A stretch of 62,954 nt of DNA, filler included, from Catajapyx aquilonaris (lineage: Eukaryota), in the NCBI GenBank assembly GCA_000934665.2. It is 3 parts of 3 records of this genome, joined end to end, with 100 filler letters (N's around TTAATTAATTAA, not from the genome) between each part and the next. Parts side by side here need not be neighbours in the genome. Positions count along the whole stretch, not along the records: positions 42,412 to 62,954 come from JYFJ02006235.1; 2 more parts are not named here. The stretch is one strand, 5' to 3'. Made by a program: the position numbers and the translations under genes. Positions within the stretch are counted from its first letter, which is position 1; the number at the start of each line of letters is the position of its first letter. The notes under the pieces were generated by a model. The model ran no database searches. It was not told where the DNA came from and worked only from the letters and a program-made list of their open reading frames with translations. Shown here one piece after another: positions 58,177 through 62,954 of this stretch.

Positions 58177-58421
58177 TCACAAGTCAGCAAAGAGTTCACT
58201 GTCTAATGCACTGCTCTTCTCCATAGATGACTTGACGGGTCCATGAACATTTTCACTCTCGCTTTCAGACTCTGTTTCTCCACCATAACTGTCTTCATCT
58301 GCATGTTGTGGTATCTTCTTTTTGCTGTTGAGAAGGTGCTGGAATCGACTCATCAACTCTTCCTCCATAGCAATCTTCTCTTCTGCACATTTTTTCAACT
58401 GTAACACCAACTTATTCCGTT
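58177..58421 (-). CDS. XRCC4: XRCC4-like NHEJ protein, exon 2
   Basis: ttccag|(E)RNKLVLQLKKCAEEKIAMEEELMSRFQHLLNSKKKI matches the XRCC4 ligase-IV-binding coiled coil (human [30 protein letters not shown]); acidic tail with SYGGETES. Confidence 0.75.
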
Positions 58422-58481
58422 CTGGAAGAGACAAAAACTGTATCATATGTACCTGCAAGCAGTGCTCATTCAACCACTCAC

Positions 58482-58893
58482 CTTTCTCAAGATACTTGCG
58501 CAGGTCAACATTATCATGCAGCTGGGCTTCCAAATCCTGCATGTGATCCACGACTGTGCGGAAACTTGTAATGGCAGTTGACTCAAAAGGGATTTGTTTC
58601 ATGGGTAGGTGATCTAACTTTACACGCAACTGTAGCTCGGTGTCCAAGACCCGTGTCAAAATGAGAGAGTTATCCCTCAGAGACCACCTCACATCCTTCT
58701 CTTGCAGGAGGGAAGACTTTGCATCAGAAACGGTGGCAAGCCAAGCTGCAGAGCTGTCCAGAAAAAGTATCTTCAACTCCTGGGTTGATTTCTGCAGATA
58801 TGCTAATGCCTCCCGACCTTCGGTTCCATCTTCAGTTGCATAAATTGTCACCGACCTAACGATAATTCCAACCTGATCTTCTGGAGCAGCCAT
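58482..58893 (-). CDS. XRCC4: XRCC4-like NHEJ protein, exon 1
   Basis: Start context caaaaATG; beta-rich head with ILFLDSSAAWLATVS (human ITLTDGHSAWTGTVS), then coiled coil; ends AAAG|gtgagt. Confidence 0.72.
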
Positions 58894-59751
58894 TTTTGAA
58901 GTCGAACAATTATTGTAAACTGTAAAGTGTAAAATAGCAGCTATTATGCATAACTGTTATTGTCGAAAAGTTCATTTTCAATATCATACAAAAACCGGGG
59001 ACAATTTTCAAAATTGATGGGCCAGCCCCATCCCACATGTAATGGCAGGTTTTTCTCCATATTTCAGCAGGAGCCAGGAAGAGACTAGAGACTAGACGAC
59101 TAGACTGACAGAGGCGGAGTTGGTAGGAGGAGCGCATGGCGCAGGTCCGATTGTCAGAGCCACCTAGCGGATGTACTGAGCGAGAAGGAACTGTGATACA
59201 GTATCGTATCCATTGGCGGTAGTTTGGAACTTGACTATACCAGGTGTACCTCTGCTATTTTTATTAGGAATTACTTAAACACCATAACTCATGCAGGCCA
59301 CCATATTAGGTAAAAAAGCAATATGTTTAGCTTTGACTTCACACATCTGCAAGTGAACAAATGGCAAGGAGAAATACATTTTTAATGCTATGGAAAAGTT
59401 TTATTCCAATTTGTGGCTGGTTCAGTCCAACAGCCACATGGTAAAATACATGGCCTTCAGTGCCATTATGATAACTTTGAAAGTACTGTATAAAAGTGAT
59501 AATATTTCATTTGTAACAAATTTAACCATAACTACTGGTATAATATTACTGTATTACCTCACTTAATACAGCGGCATGCCAATGTAGTTGAGGTCGACCA
59601 GTTTTTAGAAATTCGTTATCTGGTGGCTATACTGGAATGCTGGTATGAGGCGAGGTTTTCACATACATTAGCCTTTCATAACTTGATATTTGCTTGAAAT
59701 GGGAATCCACGAAAAGGCACATTTTTGGAATCTAATACAGCACAGTATGCA

Positions 59752-60034
59752 AGCAGGCCTTGGTGGACTAGTGGTTAGCGCGCTCGCCTCTGGTCCCAAG
59801 GTTGTGGGTTCGAACCCAGCCAAGGTCGGCGACTTTTCTCCGGATGGTAGAAAAGTGAGAGTGCGCCTTCCTTCGGAGGGGAAGTAAAGCCGTCGGTCCC
59901 GTGTGCTTGTGACATTGCGCGAGTGCACGTTAAAGATCCCCAGAGTGGCCAAATTTCCAGGAGGAGGACCACCCCCTGGCGTCGGTGTTTAGCCTTAGCA
60001 GCAGAAATAGGCCTACATTAAGCCCCACTGAACC
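59752..60034 (+). mobile_element. tRNA-derived SINE with Nin/Deu-like central domain
   Basis: A box TGGACTAGTGG, B box GGTTCGAACCC; core CCTTCGGAGGGGAAGTAAAGCCGTCGGTCCC..CACGTTAAAGATCCC; TSD CAGCA(C/T)AGTATGCA at 59738-59751 and 60035-60048. Confidence 0.82.
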
Positions 60035-61626
60035 CAGCATAGTATGCATTGTTTTCAATTACAGCATGTGGTAATAATAATCAGTATGTAGGCCTACAGT
60101 ACAGTGCATTGCGGAGTGCAGTGAGCACCTACACCATCCCCAATCCCCTGGTTTTTTGGGTAGATAGCCTACCATGTTTTGAAAAAAAAATAATTAACCC
60201 TTTCATTTATTAATAATTATACTTGATTGATATTATACGTACTAACTGCCTACCAGTGTGCCTGATGTATAGAATCAGCAAATTCTGCGGCCAGAGACCT
60301 ATTGACAGCGGCATATCTACCGAAAATAGTGCCTATGGCAATGGTTCCCAACCTTTTCGGACCTTCGTACCCCTTTGAGAGCAGTTGGTCCTTCTCGTAC
60401 CCCCGAAAAATTTACCGAATCCTTGACATTTAACTATCCTTGATAATCGTGATAACTGCGTTGTAATCAATATTTTGGGACCAGGAATATGATGAAGTGA
60501 AAGAATATTAAGTCATTTTCTGGATTATAATCGAGCTATATTTTCCTTTGTGCAAGCCACTTATGGGGTCCACTATGTCCAAAATTGCTAGATTTGGACT
60601 CAGGGGTACTTAGCTCCGTACCTCCAGGAGGGGCACAGTACCTGTACCCCCCCTGGCCTATGGCAAATTGCGCCCCTGTCCACACATTTCAAACCCATTC
60701 TTCAAATAACTTTACTATAAAATCAGCTCAAATATACTAGTCAAAAGTTCATCAATATTTTAATTTACAAATTATGACACTACTCTCTCATAAAAATTAC
60801 AACCACACCTTCCTTGCTTTCACTGATGCAATTTGGTCTATGACTCTATGATGTGGCCCAAGTCAGTTTTTTCCCAGTTTCTTCTCTTTCTACATTCAGC
60901 AGAACAAGATCACAGAGTCTGCCTTGACCCATGGAGCCTTCACAGGGCTTCTCGCCCATAACACTATGCGACATGGTTTTTGTCCATGGAAATTCATCGC
61001 TATTTCCGTGTTCCTTAGGTCACTCGTAACTCATAACGACCTTTCATTTTGTCTGAACTTGGTTTTTGACCTTGCAGCAATCAAAAAACCAAAGTGCTCG
61101 AAATATTGGTGTCATTCTGAATCAAGTGGGCCAAAATGATCTGAGATCACGTCGGATTTTGGTGCACAACAAACTCACAGCTGAACACAACTATACCAGC
61201 ATATAACATAATGCTGAATAACAAGTTTCAGCAATATTGTGCATCGTGAAGAGGGGAGAAAATTGCGAAATTTTGGAAATGACTGACAATGAGGCCCTCT
61301 GGAGAATTTCTCTGGTTCATGGATGTGATCAAAACCAAATAAACGTATATATCAAATGAAAGAGAAACATATTAGGAGAATGCTCCTATGGAATTAGTTT
61401 TCCTTTAAAATGTAACGAGAATAATGGGCATAGCATTCCATCGGTCACATGTCCAAGAATTTTGGGCCCCCCAAAATTAGTGGATCAATCTGTAAAACAT
61501 GTCTAATATTTTCTCACGAGCCATGTACGAACTGGACTTAAAACTGAACATATTAAACCTTGTGTGAGTCACAACTTGTGTCACCAAATATGACTAATGT
61601 AAGGCAAATTCATCACTAATAATATT

Positions 61627-61988
61627 AATTATTTATTTATTTATTTATTTAAGTTACCCTGTGATAAGGCGGAGCCTTTTTAGGGGGTGGCACACCACCA
61701 TCAGTTTTCTAGTAACGGTGTACTATTTTTTCTTCGCTCACCGGTGCAAGGAGACAGGGACATGGGTAAGGATAGGGATTTTTGAGGAGGGAACATGGGG
61801 GTGCAAGTGCAAGGTATGTAAAGGGGTCATGTGCTGTTCCCCAGGAGGTTAGGTTGCCAGACACCTCCAAGGTGCGGGTCAGAAACCCTCCCGACGCAGG
61901 TGAAAGGAAACTCCCCAGGCGGGGATCGAACCTTGTACGTTTCACTCAGCAAGCCGAGACGTTACCATCTTGGCCATCTACACCTCCC
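61627..61988 (-). mobile_element. tRNA-derived SINE (family A) with 16-bp TSD
   Basis: TSD CATCACTAATAATATT at 61611-61626 and 61989-62004; (AAAT)n tail; homologous to 20299-20641. Confidence 0.88.
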
Positions 61989-62471
61989 CATCACTAATAA
62001 TATTGTCAGGGTTCAAATTTTTGGTCATGTGACTGAGCATAATTATGACCAATGGACTGCCACACAGGTTTTTCTGGTTACATTTTCAAGGAAAACGAAT
62101 TCCACAAGCACATTTCCCTGGCCTTTCTTTTTCATTTGATATACCAGTAACTAACATGTGTATTGGGTATTGACCATTTCCACTAACCAAAGAAAAACAT
62201 ATCTAAAAAAAGGCCTAATTTTCAGCCCCTTCCCCTTTTGAGATTGTTCGTTCCCCATGGTTTTGAGCAATATGGTGAACATGACACTTAAGGTCGTGTC
62301 ATAGGTGTGTACAGCTGTAATTTCTTTCAGCAAAATCCGAGATGGTCTAGCAACATTTGGCCCACTTGATTAGGAAAGACCTGGCTATATTTCGAGGACG
62401 TTGGTTTTGTGACTGCCCCAAGGTCAAAAACAAAGTTGAGACCAAATGATAATCATTTTATGAGTGACTAA

Positions 62472-62760
62472 GGCTATTTCACATGAGGCCACCATGGCAG
62501 CGCCACCAGGTCTTCGCAATGCTGCAAGTGGAGCCTTACACACGTGGTGGTTGGCAGCGCTGCCCATGCGCCGCCAGAAATGTTGGTGGCGGGCAGGACG
62601 ATTTTCGGCGGTGCCAGCCTCTGCCAGCTGGCCATACTGTCTCGTGTTTGCATTTAATCATATGAAGCCTTTCACACGAGACGCAACTTTTCTTGCGGCC
62701 AGCAGTGCCACCTAATTTATGCGACAGCACTGCCATGGTGGCCTCCTGTGAAAATAGCCT
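62472..62760. mobile_element. PIF/Harbinger MITE
   Basis: TAA-GGCTATTTCACATGAGGCCACCATGGCAG ... CTGCCATGGTGGCCTCCTGTGAAAATAGCCT-TAA; the empty site can be read in the opposite arm of the host element. Confidence 0.8.
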
Positions 62761-62863
62761 TAAGGAACATGGAAATAGCAATGCATACCTATGGATAAAA
62801 ATGTTGATTTTTGCTACATAGTGTCAAGATCCTACATCTGGAGAAAATTCTTCTTAATATATA

Positions 62864-62954
62864 CAGGGTGTTTATTGTAACTCTGCAAAGACTTTCAGGG
62901 GTAATAGAGGGGACCAATACAAGTATTTTTGACATATGAACCCGTGTCCGGAAA
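62864..62954. mobile_element. Start of a CAGGGTG-type Tc1/mariner element, cut by the window end
   Basis: TA-CAGGGTGTTT terminus. Confidence 0.55.

Larger units (their letters stand above)
60970..62810. mobile_element. Old, long foldback element with a nested SINE and MITE
   Basis: 60975-61270 is the diverged reverse complement of ~62220-62800 once the 62472-62760 MITE is removed (e.g. tttttgaccttg / caaggtcaaaaa; atcaagtgggccaaa / tttggcccacttgat). Confidence 0.6.

Noticed and set aside
39496..58893. A V(D)J-like locus: RSS-heptamer elements, hairpin-type palindromes and an NHEJ gene (XRCC4) close together
   Set aside because: An artificial join at 42312-42411 separates them. There is no 12/23 pair, no gene segments and no intact recombinase. 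Ordinary Transib biology explains the ends.

Overview
This is animal genomic DNA, most likely from an arthropod (spliceosomal introns, TTAGG tracts, tRNA-derived SINEs), and it is very rich in transposons. Two artificial 100-nt joins (N44-TTAATTAATTAA-N44 at 21582-21681 and 42312-42411) split it into three blocks whose true adjacency is unproven. Host genes: a multi-exon Rab1 (+, 44471-53377, first coding exon not found and probably lost at the join) and a convergent, divergent XRCC4-like gene (-, 58177-58893, one 60-nt in-frame intron). The main mobile element is a very young, complete Ty3/Gypsy LTR retrotransposon (-, 31958-37976). It has apparently identical 362-bp LTRs, a GTAT TSD, a tRNA-Leu PBS, a PPT, a G-GGA-AAC -1 frameshift site with a stem-loop or pseudoknot, and a TAA inside a 30-bp tandem repeat that cuts off the last 95 codons of pol. 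Other elements: two different Transib-type elements with CACAGT(G/A) ends and the same CGACG TSD, a broken Helitron with nested insertions, an orphan THAP exon, several Tc1/mariner remnants, at least 7 tRNA-SINEs with shuffled heads, bodies and tails, two (TG)n-embedded elements carrying (TTAGG)n, and more than 20 foldback MITEs. No prokaryotic-type system (CRISPR, operon), rRNA, genuine tRNA gene or intact ribozyme could be supported. Everything was read by eye, so family assignments need database confirmation.
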